A stretch of DNA of 64,000 bases from an uncultured Spirochaetota bacterium (GCA_963734495.1 CAVTHK010000010.1:64001-128000); one strand, 5' to 3'. Shown: positions 1 through 10,468, counted from the stretch's first letter. The notes: a model not told the origin generated them from the letters alone. Numbers and translations are program-made.

Positions 1-465
1 CGGGAACTCCCCCTTTTGCAGAAGGTGCTCGACTACTTCTGGCACATGGCGCTGCCCATCGTCGCGATGGTGATCAGCGGCTTCGCCGGCCTGACCATGC
101 TCACCAAGAACTTCTTTGTCGACCAGATCAAGCAGCAGTACGTGACTACGGCGCGCGCCAAGGGGCTTACGGAAAAGCGCGTCCTCTACGGGCACGTCTT
201 CCGCAACGCCATGCTCCTGGTGCTCTCCGGCATCCCCGAGGCCTTCATCAGCATCCTGTTCACGGGATCGCTGCTGATCGAGGTCATCTTCTCTCTGAAC
301 GGGCTCGGCCTTCTCGGCTTCGAGGCCGCGATCAAGCGCGACTACCCCGTGATGTTCGCGTCGCTGTACTTCTTCTCGCTGCTGGGCCTGGTGATGCGCC
401 TGGTGAGCGATCTCATGTACGTCGTCGTCGACCCCCGCATCGACTTCGAGTCGAGGGAGGTGTGA
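1..465 (+). CDS. yejB: Peptide (microcin C-type) ABC transporter permease, 5'-truncated by window edge
   Basis: DYFWHMALP...[23 protein letters not shown]...[19 protein letters not shown]...RDYPV...[10 protein letters not shown] matches the YejB/OppB C-terminal half. Confidence 0.88.
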   Translation, partial: RELPLLQKVLDYFWHMALPIVAMVISGFAGLTMLTKNFFVDQIKQQYVTTARAKGLTEKRVLYGHVFRNAMLLVLSGIPEAFISILFTGSLLIEVIFSLNGLGLLGFEAAIKRDYPVMFASLYFFSLLGLVMRLVSDLMYVVVDPRIDFESREV

Positions 466-469
466 CGCG

Positions 470-1504
470 ATGACGGAGCTCGCCAGGCGCAGGCTCGCCA
501 ATTTCCGAGCGAACCGCAGGGGCTTGGTCTCGTTCTGGGTCTTCTGCGTGCTCTTCCTCGTCAGCCTCTTCGCGGACTTCATCGCCAACGACAGGCCGCT
601 GCTGATCTACTTCGACGGCAAGCTCCTGTTCCCCGTGCTCAAGCAGTATCCCGAGACATTCTTCGGCGGGGAGTTCCCCACGGAGGCGGACTACCACGAC
701 GACTACGTCAAGGGGCTCATCCGGAAGAAGGGGTGGATACTCTGGCCTCCGGTCCCCTACTCCTACGACACGGTGGTCTACGGCAAGCCGGCCCCGGCCG
801 CGCCGTCGTGGCGGAACCTCCTCGGCACCGACGACCAGTCCCGCGACGTGCTGGCGCGCCTGATCTACGGGTTCCGCATTTCGGTCCTCTTCGGCCTCGT
901 GCTCACGTTCTTCTCGATGATCATCGGGGTGAGCGCCGGCGCGATCCAGGGCTTCTTCGGAGGCTGGGTCGACCTCGGCTCCCAGCGCTTCATGGAGATC
1001 TGGTCGTCGATGCCGACGCTCTACCTGCTGATCATCCTCTCCAGCGTCGTCGAGCCCGGCTTCTGGTGGCTCCTCGTGATCATGCTGCTCTTCGGCTGGA
1101 TGGGGTACGTCGGCGTCGTCCGCGCCGAGTTCCTCCGCGCCCGCAACTTCGACTACGTGCGGGCGGCGCGGGCGATGGGCGTCTCCAACGTCGCGATCAT
1201 GTTCCGCCACCTGCTTCCCAACGCGACCGTCGCCACGATCACCTTCTTCCCCTTCAACCTGAGCGGCGCGATCACGGCCCTCACCTCGCTCGACTTCCTC
1301 GGGTTCGGGCTCCCTCCCGGCTCGCCCTCGCTCGGCGAGATGGTGAACCAGGCCAGGAACAACCTGCAGGCGCCCTGGCTCGGTCTCACGAGCTTCATCA
1401 CCCTGGGCTTGATGCTCAGCCTGCTGATGTTCGTCGGCGAAGCCGTCCGCGACGCCTTCGACCCCCGCAAGGTGTACGCGAGCTCGTCGGTGGGGGCGGC
1501 ATGA
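470..1504 (+). CDS. yejE: Peptide ABC transporter permease
   Basis: RRRLANFRANRRG, FIANDRPL, LLGTDDQSRDVLARLIYGFRIS, LTSLDFLGFGLPPGSPSLGE, GEAVRDAFDPRK. Confidence 0.9.
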   Translation: MTELARRRLANFRANRRGLVSFWVFCVLFLVSLFADFIANDRPLLIYFDGKLLFPVLKQYPETFFGGEFPTEADYHDDYVKGLIRKKGWILWPPVPYSYDTVVYGKPAPAAPSWRNLLGTDDQSRDVLARLIYGFRISVLFGLVLTFFSMIIGVSAGAIQGFFGGWVDLGSQRFMEIWSSMPTLYLLIILSSVVEPGFWWLLVIMLLFGWMGYVGVVRAEFLRARNFDYVRAARAMGVSNVAIMFRHLLPNATVATITFFPFNLSGAITALTSLDFLGFGLPPGSPSLGEMVNQARNNLQAPWLGLTSFITLGLMLSLLMFVGEAVRDAFDPRKVYASSSVGAA

Positions 1505-3123
1505 GCGCGCTGCTGGAGGTCAGGGACCTTTCGGTGTCCTTCGCCCTCGGCGCGAGGACGCTCGAGGCGGCCAGGCATGTCTCCTTCGACATCGAAAAGG
1601 GGGAATCGCTCGCGCTCGTGGGCGAATCGGGCGCCGGCAAGTCGGTCACGGCCCTCAGCGTGCTGCAGCTCCTTCCCTACCCTCCCGCGTTCCACCCGGG
1701 CGGGAGCATCCGCTTCGAGGGCGAGGAGCTGGTCGGAGCGGCTCCTGAGACGCTGCAGCGCATCCGCGGCAACCGGATCTCGATGATCTTCCAGGAGCCG
1801 ATGTCCTCGCTGAACCCGCTGCACACGATCGAGAAGCAGGTCGACGAGGTGCTGTTCCTGCACAAGGGGATGTCCCGGTCCGAGGCGCGCGCGCGGACGC
1901 TCGAGCTCCTCGGCCTGGTGGGGCTTCCGGAAGCGGAGGAGCGGCTGGGCGCGTTCCCGCACGAGCTCTCAGGCGGCCAGCGCCAGAGGGTCATGATCGC
2001 CATGGCCCTGGCCAACGAGCCGGACATCCTCATCGCCGACGAGCCCACGACGGCGCTGGACGTCACGATCCAGGCCCAGATCCTGACGCTGGTCAAGGAC
2101 CTGCAGAAGCGCTTCGGCATGGCCCTGCTGTTCATCACGCACGATCTGAACGTGGTGCGCAAGGTGGCGGACCGCGTGTGCGTCATGAAGGACGGCGAGA
2201 TCGTCGAGACCGGCACGACCGGCCGCATCTTTTCCGCGCCGTCGCACCCGTACACGAAGATCCTGCTGGCCTCCGAGCCCAAAGGCTCAGCCGGGCCGCC
2301 GCGCGGCGCCGCGCCGCTGATGCAGGCCGACGACCTCAAGGTCTGGTTCCCGATCAAGACGGGCCTGCTGCGCAAGGTGACCGGGTACATCAAGGCCGTC
2401 GACGGCGTTTCCCTCAAGGTGCGCTCGGGGGAGACCCTCGGCGTCGTGGGCGAATCGGGCTCCGGCAAGTCGTCCCTCGCGCTCGGGTTGCTGCGCCTCG
2501 TGGCCTCGAATGGATCGATCACCTACCGGGACCGCCCGCTCCAGGGCCTCAGGTCCAGGGAGCTGCGCCCCCTGAGGCGCCAGATCCAGATCATCTTCCA
2601 GGACCCCTACGGGAGCCTCAATCCGCGCCTTTCGATCTCGGACATCGTCGGCGAGGGGCTGAGGGTTCACAGGATCGCGTCCGATCCCTCCGAGAGGGAG
2701 GGGCTGATCGTGCGGGCGCTCGAGGAGGTCGGGCTCGATCCGGCGACGCGGCACCGCTACCCGCACGAGTTCTCCGGCGGGCAGCGGCAGCGCATCGCGA
2801 TCGCGCGCGCGCTCGTGCTCAAGCCCGAGCTGATCGTGCTCGACGAGCCGACGTCCTCGCTGGACGTGAGCGTCCAGGCCCAGATCATCGAGCTGTTGCG
2901 CCGCCTGCAGGACGAGCACGGGCTCGCCTACATCTTTATCAGCCACGACCTGCGGGTCGTGCGCGCGCTCGCCAATTACATTCTGGTCATGCGCAACGGG
3001 AGGCTCGTCGAAGAGGGACCCCCGGCGGTAATCTTCGAGCATCCGCGCGACCCCTACACGCGGGCGCTCATGACGGCCGCGTTCGAGCTGGTGAGCGTCG
3101 ACGGGGGCGTCGTCAAGACGTAG
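1501..3123 (+). CDS. yejF: Dual-domain peptide ABC transporter ATP-binding protein
   Basis: ATG at 1501 overlapping the upstream stop; two Walker A motifs (GESGAGKS, GESGSGKS) and two signature motifs ([16 protein letters not shown]). Confidence 0.9.
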   Translation: MSALLEVRDLSVSFALGARTLEAARHVSFDIEKGESLALVGESGAGKSVTALSVLQLLPYPPAFHPGGSIRFEGEELVGAAPETLQRIRGNRISMIFQEPMSSLNPLHTIEKQVDEVLFLHKGMSRSEARARTLELLGLVGLPEAEERLGAFPHELSGGQRQRVMIAMALANEPDILIADEPTTALDVTIQAQILTLVKDLQKRFGMALLFITHDLNVVRKVADRVCVMKDGEIVETGTTGRIFSAPSHPYTKILLASEPKGSAGPPRGAAPLMQADDLKVWFPIKTGLLRKVTGYIKAVDGVSLKVRSGETLGVVGESGSGKSSLALGLLRLVASNGSITYRDRPLQGLRSRELRPLRRQIQIIFQDPYGSLNPRLSISDIVGEGLRVHRIASDPSEREGLIVRALEEVGLDPATRHRYPHEFSGGQRQRIAIARALVLKPELIVLDEPTSSLDVSVQAQIIELLRRLQDEHGLAYIFISHDLRVVRALANYILVMRNGRLVEEGPPAVIFEHPRDPYTRALMTAAFELVSVDGGVVKT

Positions 3124-3155
3124 GGCCGCGCTCGCGAGAGAGGTTGAAGGGAGAG

Positions 3156-5004
3156 ATGATGACAAAGGTCCACGCCGGGTTCGCGCGGGTGGTGGCCGCG
3201 GGCCTGCTCCTGGCGGCGGCAGCCGCGGGCGCGCAGACCATCCACCGCGGCAACGGGATCGCGATGCGCGGCGAGCCGAAGTATCGGCCGGGGTTCGCGC
3301 ACTTCGACTACGTCAACCCTTCCGCGCCCAGGGGCGGCAGCGTCGTCTATGGAGACGTGGGGAGCTTCGACAACCTGAATCCCTTCATCCTCAAGGGTGA
3401 AGTCGCAGCGGGCGCCGGCTCGATCTTCGAAGCGCTGATGGTGGAGTCGCTGGACGAGCCGTTCACGATGTACGGCCTCCTCGCGGAGACGGTGGAGTAC
3501 CCCGACGACCGATCCTGGGTCGCCTTTACGCTGAACCCGAAAGCCCGGTTCCAGGACGGCACGAGCGTCACCGCCGAAGACGTGGTCTGGACGTTCGACA
3601 CGCTGAAGACCAAGGGGCATCCCTTCTACCGCTACTACTACAAGGAGGTCCAGAAGGCCGAGGTCACCGCGCCCCGCACCGTGAGGTTCACGTTCGCGGG
3701 CAACCCGAACCCCGAGCTGCCGCTCATCGTGGGCCAGCTCCCCGTGCTTCCGAAGCATTACTGGGCAGGCAAGGACTTCGAAGACACGACGCTCGTCGCC
3801 GCCGGTGGGGAGCGGGCCGTACAAGGTCGCGAGCGTCGACCCCGGGCGATCCATCACGTACGAGCTCGACCCCGGCTGGTGGGGAAAGGACCTGCCCGTC
3901 AACGTCGGACAGGACAACTTCGCGCAGATCCGCTACGACTACTACGCGACGAGGGGGTTCAGCGAGAGGCGTTCAAGGCCGGGAACATCGACCTCATGGT
4001 GGAGAGCACCGCCAAGGAGTGGGCCACGGGCTACAACATCCCGGCCGTCCAGAAGGGGCGTCATCGTCAAGCGCAAGATCCCCAACAACAACCCGCAGGG
4101 GATGCAGTCCTTCGCGTTCAACACCCGCAGGGCGATCTTCCAGGACCGCAGGGTGCGCGAGGCCATCGGGGATGCCTTCGATTTCGAGTGGTCGAACAAG
4201 AACCTCTTCTACGGCGAGTACACGCGGACCAACTCGTTCTTCGCGAACTCGGAGATGGCCGCGACCGGGCTTCCGGGCCCCGCCGAGCTGCAGGCTGCTC
4301 GAGAAGTACCGCGGCAGCGATCCCCGACGAGGTCTTTACCAGGGCCTACGAGCCGCCGAAGACCGACGGCTCGGGCGAGATCCGCGAGGGCCTGAGGAAC
4401 GCGTTCAGGCTGCTCGCGGATGCGGGGTGGAAGGTCACGAACGGGCAGCTCGTGAACACGAAGACCGGCGAGGCCATGAAGTTCGAGATCCTCCTGGTCC
4501 AGCCGGCCTTCGAGCGGATCGTTCTTCCGTTCAAGAACAACCTGCAGCGGCTCGGCATCGAGGTGAGCGTCAGGACCGTCGACACGTCGCAGTACCAGAA
4601 CAGGCTCGACAGCTTCGACTTCGACATGATCGTGGCGTCGTGGGGCGAGTCTCTCTCGCCGGGCAACGAGCAGCGGAACTTCTGGGGCACGCAGGCCGCG
4701 GACACGCCCGGCTCGCAGAACTACGTCGGCATCAAGAGCCCGGTGGTGGACGACCTCGTCGACCGCATCGTGGCCGCGCCGACCCGCGAGGACCTCATCG
4801 CCGCCTGCCGGGCGCTCGACCGCGTGCTCCTCTGGGGCTACTACGTCGTCCCGCAGTGGTACCAGGCCTCCTACAGGGTCCTGTACTGGGACAAGTTCGC
4901 GGCTCCGGCAGCTCATGCCGAAGTACTCGCTGGGCCTGACCACCTGGTGGATCGACCCGCAGAAGGCCGCCACGCTCGACAGCCGCAAGCGCGCGCTGCG
5001 CTGA
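3156..5004 (+). CDS. yejA: Extracellular solute-binding protein family 5 (YejA-like), several frameshifts (probable sequencing errors)
   Basis: Signal peptide, GEPKYRPGFAHFDYVNPSAPRGG, SFDNLNPFILKG, FDFEWSNKNLFYGEYTRTNSFFANSE, SPGNEQRNFWG, RALDRVLLWGYYVVPQWY spread over three frames. Confidence 0.85.
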
Positions 5005-5020
5005 CGTTTCCCACGCGAGG

Positions 5021-6790
5021 TCAGCCCCGTCGAGGAGGCAGCATACCCAGCCCCGCTTCCCTCAGGCCGCGGGCTGCCTCCACGATCGCAGGCCACCAGA
5101 CGAGCAGCTCGCCGTACTCGCGCACCATCGCGCGGCAAAGCTCCATCGCCTCATCCGGGCTGCGCCCGGATCGCAGGTCTATGGGAACCAGGCCGCCGGG
5201 CGTGGTCAGCGCGTCGATGACCGAATCGATGTGCGCCCTCACGTCGGCCGCCCAGTGGTCGGGGGATTCCGAGTAGATGCGCAGCAGGTCTTCGAGGTGC
5301 TCGATATACGCGCTCAGGCCGTGCATCCAGCGATCACGAAGGTAGAGACTGAAGTCTGCCGCGGCGAGAGCCGCGACATCCTTCAGGTAAGCGCCCGTCC
5401 TCGCCAGCCCTTCCGCCCTCGACTGCGGAAGCGCGTTCTGGCTGCGGTCCTCCAGCAGCATGATCACCGTGTCCGAGATGCGGGGCGCCCAGGTGCGGAG
5501 CGCGCCCTCCGGAAAGCTCCTTGCGCCCGGCGGGTCGTGCAGAACAGCCAGCGGAAGATGGCCGACCATGCCGTCGGCGACAGCGGCTCGCAGAACCGCC
5601 GCGAAGACGCCGTCCTCGTTCCGCCCGACCGGGAAGAACGGAGGAAGGAGATCGCGGTTGTCGAGAGCGCTGCACCCGGCCATGAAAGAGCGCCCTTCAG
5701 TGATCGTCAGTCGTTTCACGACCCGGACCATCTCCCGGCTCGACGAAGCGATCGCGTAGCTCTGGGCCGGGGACACGATCGCTTCCCGGTCGTCCCCGGC
5801 GAGGGTCAGCAGGTAGCGAGGCGCAGCCAGACCGCAGTCGCCGGCGATGCCGGCCGCAGCGGCAAGAACGACGGGATCGCTCTTGAGGAGCCTGCGCACC
5901 AGGACCGGTGCTGCGCGGTCCGCGAGAAGCGCAGGCCCCGCCGCCGCGACGCACGCGGAAACCGTGCGGCCGAGCAGCCGCTCGTGCCAGCCTACGATGT
6001 CCACGTCGGCACGAGCGTTGGCGTTCAGCATCTCCGCCCGGTCCCGGTAGGACCTGACAGATGCAGGGTCGTGAAACGAGTAGAGCTCCAGCGTACCCGG
6101 CTCGCCAGAGGCGACGAAACGGTGCACGATGTCATCGTCGGAGCACATCACGAGGTCGCCGACCGTCCCGAGCAGCAGAGAGTTCCGGTTGGCGCCCGCT
6201 GCCATGCCGAACCCGTGGGGGTCGAAAAGCGCGAACTCCGCCAGCGCCGGCGGAAGATCGGCCCGAGTCCGGAGCAGCTCGGCGAGAAATGCACGCTTGC
6301 GGGATATGTCGACGAGGTCGGCGGTAAAGGGCGCTGCCTTCGGTTTCCCCGAATCGTCGAACACTGCATAGCGAACCGGTCGGCCGCCGGCGCGGGTGAC
6401 CGCGACCAGGCTCTCGACGCTCCTCGCCAGAAGATCCGGCCGGTCCCTCGTCACCCATGCCGCGATCGCGATGGCCGGCACGTCGCTCGGGCGTTCGCGT
6501 TCGGCCAAGGCGCGCACGAAATCTGCTTTCGCGAGCAGAAGACCCTCGCGGATCAGCCCGTTGATTCCCGCCTCGATGTTGCGCGCGGCCTCGTCGGGCC
6601 AGCCGGCATCGAGCAGATGCTGGACGTGTCCACGGGCAGTTCTGAAACGATCACACTGCTCGAGGATCTGCGGCAGCGGATCTTCGAGCCGCACGACGCC
6701 GCCGTCGGGCCGCAACGCGAGGGCGCGTCCCTCGCCCGCAGGCACGAACTGCTCAGCACACCCGATGTACTCGGGCTCGGCGGAGGGCAT
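5021..6790 (-). CDS. Hypothetical GT-A-fold glycosyltransferase-like protein with N-terminal winged-helix/RRE-like region
   Basis: Intact ORF of about 590 aa; WVTRDRPDLLARSVESL...YAVFDDS, GANRNSLLL, MCSDDD (DxD-like), PPFFPVGRNEDGVF; start chosen at ATG 6790. Confidence 0.55.
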   Translation of the reverse strand: MPSAEPEYIGCAEQFVPAGEGRALALRPDGGVVRLEDPLPQILEQCDRFRTARGHVQHLLDAGWPDEAARNIEAGINGLIREGLLLAKADFVRALAERERPSDVPAIAIAAWVTRDRPDLLARSVESLVAVTRAGGRPVRYAVFDDSGKPKAAPFTADLVDISRKRAFLAELLRTRADLPPALAEFALFDPHGFGMAAGANRNSLLLGTVGDLVMCSDDDIVHRFVASGEPGTLELYSFHDPASVRSYRDRAEMLNANARADVDIVGWHERLLGRTVSACVAAAGPALLADRAAPVLVRRLLKSDPVVLAAAAGIAGDCGLAAPRYLLTLAGDDREAIVSPAQSYAIASSSREMVRVVKRLTITEGRSFMAGCSALDNRDLLPPFFPVGRNEDGVFAAVLRAAVADGMVGHLPLAVLHDPPGARSFPEGALRTWAPRISDTVIMLLEDRSQNALPQSRAEGLARTGAYLKDVAALAAADFSLYLRDRWMHGLSAYIEHLEDLLRIYSESPDHWAADVRAHIDSVIDALTTPGGLVPIDLRSGRSPDEAMELCRAMVREYGELLVWWPAIVEAARGLREAGLGMLPPRRG

Positions 6791-6853
6791 CAGGGCCGGA
6801 TCGCGTCGCCTTCGTGCGAACACGCCGTGCTCGCTGCCGGCGGCGTCGAAGCG

Positions 6854-7324
6854 TCAACATACCTGGCCCGTCAGGGTCAGCACGTATGAGCCGTTGTCGG
6901 GGTCGTCGCTGACGATCGTCGCCTTCGCGCGCCTGTCGCCGTTAGTGGCTACCAGCGGAAATCGGATCACGAACTCGACTTATTCCCCGGGCTCGATGTC
7001 CGTGAGCTCCGCAGGCTGACGGGTAACACTGAAGAAGCTCGCATCCGTCCCGGAGATGACCACCGGGCGTCGTCCCCTCCAGATTCAGGTACCCCTTCCC
7101 GTCGTTGTAGATGACGAAAGGTCATCGACACCGGACTCGCGGTACAGCACCGGGCCGAAATCGTATGACGAGACCGGCGCTCCCCCCTGCTCGACCGATA
7201 TCTTGGGGTCCAGGACGCTGTACGCCACTATGTCGCGCAGGATGACCGTGTCGCACCCCGAGAGCAGCGCCACGAGGAGCAGCACGACCGGTACGTTGAT
7301 CAGGTTCCTGGCTATTCTTCCCAC
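6854..7324 (-). CDS. Lipoprotein with Ig-like choice-of-anchor-D/ASH-type domain (frame disrupted)
   Basis: Lipobox LLSG/C; fragments YDFGPV, FVIYNDGKGYLNL, VVISGTDASFFSV, IVSDDPDNGSYVLTLTG in changing frames; an apparent in-frame TAA near 6981. Confidence 0.6.
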
Positions 7325-10300
7325 AGCACTACCCCCCTTGTCTGGCTCGCTTCGGCGGCGCGGGCCGCTTCGTCGCCCCGGAGCTCCAGGTACGAGAAAC
7401 GCTCCGCCATCGCCGGCGCGAGCTGCTTGACCCTGGCAAAGGCCTCCCGCGCCGATCCGTAGTTCTCCAGCTCGTGGTGAGCTCGCGCGATCCCGAGGAG
7501 CACGCTCGCGCTGTCCGGAGTCTGCTGCCTCGCCCGCTCGTAGAAGGCCAGCGCAGACTTCATGTCCCCGCGGACGAAGAACAGGTTGCCCAGGTTGATC
7601 AGCGCGGGCGCAAACTCGGTCTGACGGATGGCAAGGCGGAACTGACTCTCCGCCTGGTCGTCGAGGCCGTAACGGGCGTAAACCACGCCCAGCTTGTTGA
7701 CGGACCGCGGGCTGTTGTTGGAGGAGCGTATCTCGGCCTGGACCCTCGCGACCTGCGGCGAGATCTCGCGGTCGACCAGACGGCCCAGCTCGGAGCCGAA
7801 CGCAGCGGCGAGCTGCGACTCGGCCGGCAGCGCGATCGCGACTTCGCCCGGGTACCCGGTCGGCTCGTAGCTCCGCCAGCCTTCGTGAACAGGGTAGAAG
7901 GCCGCCTTGCCGCCGGTCTTGTTCTCACGCCACTCCCGCGCGCCGACATCCCACGCGGTCAAGAAGCCCCCGGCGATCTCCGTGACCTCGACGGGCACCC
8001 ATGCCTTTCCGCCTTCGAAGATGAGGTCATCCGGCCGGACGTAGGCCTGGCGGGCCTCATCGGGCGACTGCGCCAGAGCAAACGCCAGGTAGATGTGGCC
8101 CGGTATCGTTATGAACGCGGTCTCCACGCCTACCGACTCGAGAAGCGCGCTGAACAGGATAGACAGATCGTCGCAGTCGCCGGCCTTGTACTCCAGCGAC
8201 TGCTTGGGGAACTGCAGGAAGTCGATGGTCGAGCCGCTCTTCGAGAACTCCGCGTACGGCGTGCTCGGGTCGACGACGTACTTCATCCCGTAAAGCTTGA
8301 GCGCGGTATGAATGCTCATGGCCGCGAGCACGTTCATGTCGATCGCGCGGCTGCCCCTTTCCCGAGCCAGGCCGGCGGCTGCCTTTGCGAACTTGAGCAC
8401 CGCGGGGTCCTTCGCCGTGACAAAGGCGCTCGCCTTCCGGTCATCGTCCCAGGTCATGGCGTTGCGGCCCTGGATTCTCATGGACTCGATGCGCTCCGCA
8501 GCGCGCTCCCGGTTTCTCACCGTGTACAGCACTGTCACCTGGGTGGAGATCTTGGTGCCCTCGGAGATCGAGAGCACCGCGTCGGTGAAGAGGCCGTAGA
8601 TCTCGAAGTCCCTGGATTCGCCGGGCGGAACGCCGACGGACTCCTGGCGCACCTTGGGATTGTCCATGTACTGACGGGCCAGGAAGCTCACGCGCACGTT
8701 CTCCGCGGGTGCCGCCTCCCAGTTGTGTACCGTGATCTTCCCCACGGGATGATCGTCGTAGTACTTGTAGAACACCGGGAAGATGTTCTCGAAAGTGAGG
8801 CCGCTGATCTCCAGGCCCCGCCCTGGCTGGAAACGCCGCTCCAGGGTCCCCGGCTGCACGTAGTCGGGCGCAGCCACACCTGAAGCGATCCGGATTTCCG
8901 ACCCGAGCGACACGGCCCACGCATCGAACAGGTCCGGGTACCTGCCGTACGAGGCATCTACCCCGATGTGCATCGACGGCGAGACGCGGAGCTTCAGGCC
9001 CGCGCCGGACAGAACAAAGAGGTTCCCGCCGGCATCTCCCGACCCGTCGTTGACGATACCGCCGTAGTATCCAGCCCCGGTATGCACGTCCAAGCTGAGA
9101 TCCGGCGTCAGCCCCAGATCGACGCCGACCTGGGCGCCGATCGTCAGTCTCGACAGGGTCACGTCACCGGGCGTTGTCGCATAGCCGTACCCGACGCCGG
9201 CTCCCGCGTACAGAAAGGGGAACGCCGGGTTCGTCACGATGCCGGACACGTTCAGGCCGCCCAGAAGATCGTAGAGATCGCGATCCTGCCCCACCGGAAG
9301 CTCGACTGTCGGCGCCACGCGGACGGCGAAGGCCGCGACGCCCTGATCGGCGGCGGCAGGGAGCAGCGCGAGCGGGCGCGGCCTCGCCGGGACGCCGCCG
9401 CCAGCAGGTGCAAGCGCGCGCGAGAAGCCCAGCGCGACGACCCACGAGTCCTCGAGATCGAGGTAGCGGCGATAGGATCCCTCGAGGTCCATCGCCCAGG
9501 GTCCTTCGAGCGCGTATGAGAGCCCCGCCCCCGCGGCGACGAAAGCGCCTCCCCCGCTGGCAGACCCGTCGTTCAACAGGCCGTGGTAGTAGCCGCCCTT
9601 CGCAAATGTCTCCAGGGAGACGTTCGGCGCGAGGCCCAGCGACATCCCGACTCCGCCGCCGATGTCGACCCGCGAGAGGGAAGGACCCGCACTTGTCGGA
9701 ACGAACCCGTACCCCAGGTCGCCCGTCATGTAGAGCAGAGGCATCGCGGGGCTGCGCAGCACGGCCGAAAGCTCCAGGCCCCCGCCCGGCGCGTACAGAT
9801 CGGAATCGCCGCCGGCCGGGATCTGCACGACCGGCGCGGCTCTCAGCGAAACGGATGCCGAAACGGGGGGCCTGCTCTCCCTCGGGGGGCCGATCTTCAG
9901 GATGGCGCCAACGGAGACGGTCCAGGTGTTCTGGAAGTCGAGGTAGCTGTCGTAACCGGCCTGGACAGCGACGTCGATTGCCCGGGACGCCTCGTATTCG
10001 AGAGACAGCCCCGCGCCTGCGTAGGGATCGCCTCCCGAGCTCGAACCTTCATTCAGCATGCCGTAGTAGTAGCCGGTACGCCCATAGAACCCGCCCCGCA
10101 GCCCTCGCACGAGATCGATCTCGACGCCGAGTCTCGCTCCCGCCGACAGCCTGGATACCGAAGGTCCCTGCTCCTGCGAGGGCACGTAGCCGTAGCCCAG
10201 GTCCCCTGCCACGTAGACGGCCTGCTGGATGCCCGGGTATACGCGGGCGCTGAGCCCGCCCGCGGCTCCGGCGGTGAGGACGTCCGCATCCGAGCCGGAC

Positions 10301-10407
10301 GGCAATTCGAGGCTCGAATAGAGGTGCAGCAGAACGGGCGATTGCGACTGCGCTGCCGTCAGGGTTGCCGTCAGCAAGAGGACTGTTGGAAGAAACGGTC
10401 TTCTCAC
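7312..10407 (-). CDS. Secreted protein: three tandem outer-membrane beta-barrel-like repeats + Ig-like region + transglutaminase-like domain + TPRs
   Basis: Signal peptide; three ~150-aa repeats; AGDCDD...GHIY...WVPVE motif set; TPR patterns NKLGVVYARYG, LINLGNLFFVRG, LLGIARAHHELENY; GGAGG SD upstream. Confidence 0.75.
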   Translation of the reverse strand: MRRPFLPTVLLLTATLTAAQSQSPVLLHLYSSLELPSGSDADVLTAGAAGGLSARVYPGIQQAVYVAGDLGYGYVPSQEQGPSVSRLSAGARLGVEIDLVRGLRGGFYGRTGYYYGMLNEGSSSGGDPYAGAGLSLEYEASRAIDVAVQAGYDSYLDFQNTWTVSVGAILKIGPPRESRPPVSASVSLRAAPVVQIPAGGDSDLYAPGGGLELSAVLRSPAMPLLYMTGDLGYGFVPTSAGPSLSRVDIGGGVGMSLGLAPNVSLETFAKGGYYHGLLNDGSASGGGAFVAAGAGLSYALEGPWAMDLEGSYRRYLDLEDSWVVALGFSRALAPAGGGVPARPRPLALLPAAADQGVAAFAVRVAPTVELPVGQDRDLYDLLGGLNVSGIVTNPAFPFLYAGAGVGYGYATTPGDVTLSRLTIGAQVGVDLGLTPDLSLDVHTGAGYYGGIVNDGSGDAGGNLFVLSGAGLKLRVSPSMHIGVDASYGRYPDLFDAWAVSLGSEIRIASGVAAPDYVQPGTLERRFQPGRGLEISGLTFENIFPVFYKYYDDHPVGKITVHNWEAAPAENVRVSFLARQYMDNPKVRQESVGVPPGESRDFEIYGLFTDAVLSISEGTKISTQVTVLYTVRNRERAAERIESMRIQGRNAMTWDDDRKASAFVTAKDPAVLKFAKAAAGLARERGSRAIDMNVLAAMSIHTALKLYGMKYVVDPSTPYAEFSKSGSTIDFLQFPKQSLEYKAGDCDDLSILFSALLESVGVETAFITIPGHIYLAFALAQSPDEARQAYVRPDDLIFEGGKAWVPVEVTEIAGGFLTAWDVGAREWRENKTGGKAAFYPVHEGWRSYEPTGYPGEVAIALPAESQLAAAFGSELGRLVDREISPQVARVQAEIRSSNNSPRSVNKLGVVYARYGLDDQAESQFRLAIRQTEFAPALINLGNLFFVRGDMKSALAFYERARQQTPDSASVLLGIARAHHELENYGSAREAFARVKQLAPAMAERFSYLELRGDEAARAAEASQTRGVVLWEE

Positions 10408-10440
10408 GGCCCACCTCCGGAGGTGACCAGCTCGGCCGCA

Positions 10441-10468
10441 ATTATACGCTGCAACACCGATAACGCAA
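10441..10468 (-). promoter_or_regulatory. Putative sigma70 promoter for the barrel/transglutaminase unit
   Basis: TTGCGT-N16-TATAAT on the minus strand, about 35 nt upstream of the GTG at 10407. Confidence 0.55.

Noticed and set aside
1-5004. Yej transporter as part of a microcin biosynthesis cluster
   Set aside because: YejABEF is a widespread importer; no MccB-like adenylase or precursor is present
6791-6853. RiPP precursor peptide next to the RRE-like enzyme
   Set aside because: Only 63 nt, with no credible SD-start-stop unit
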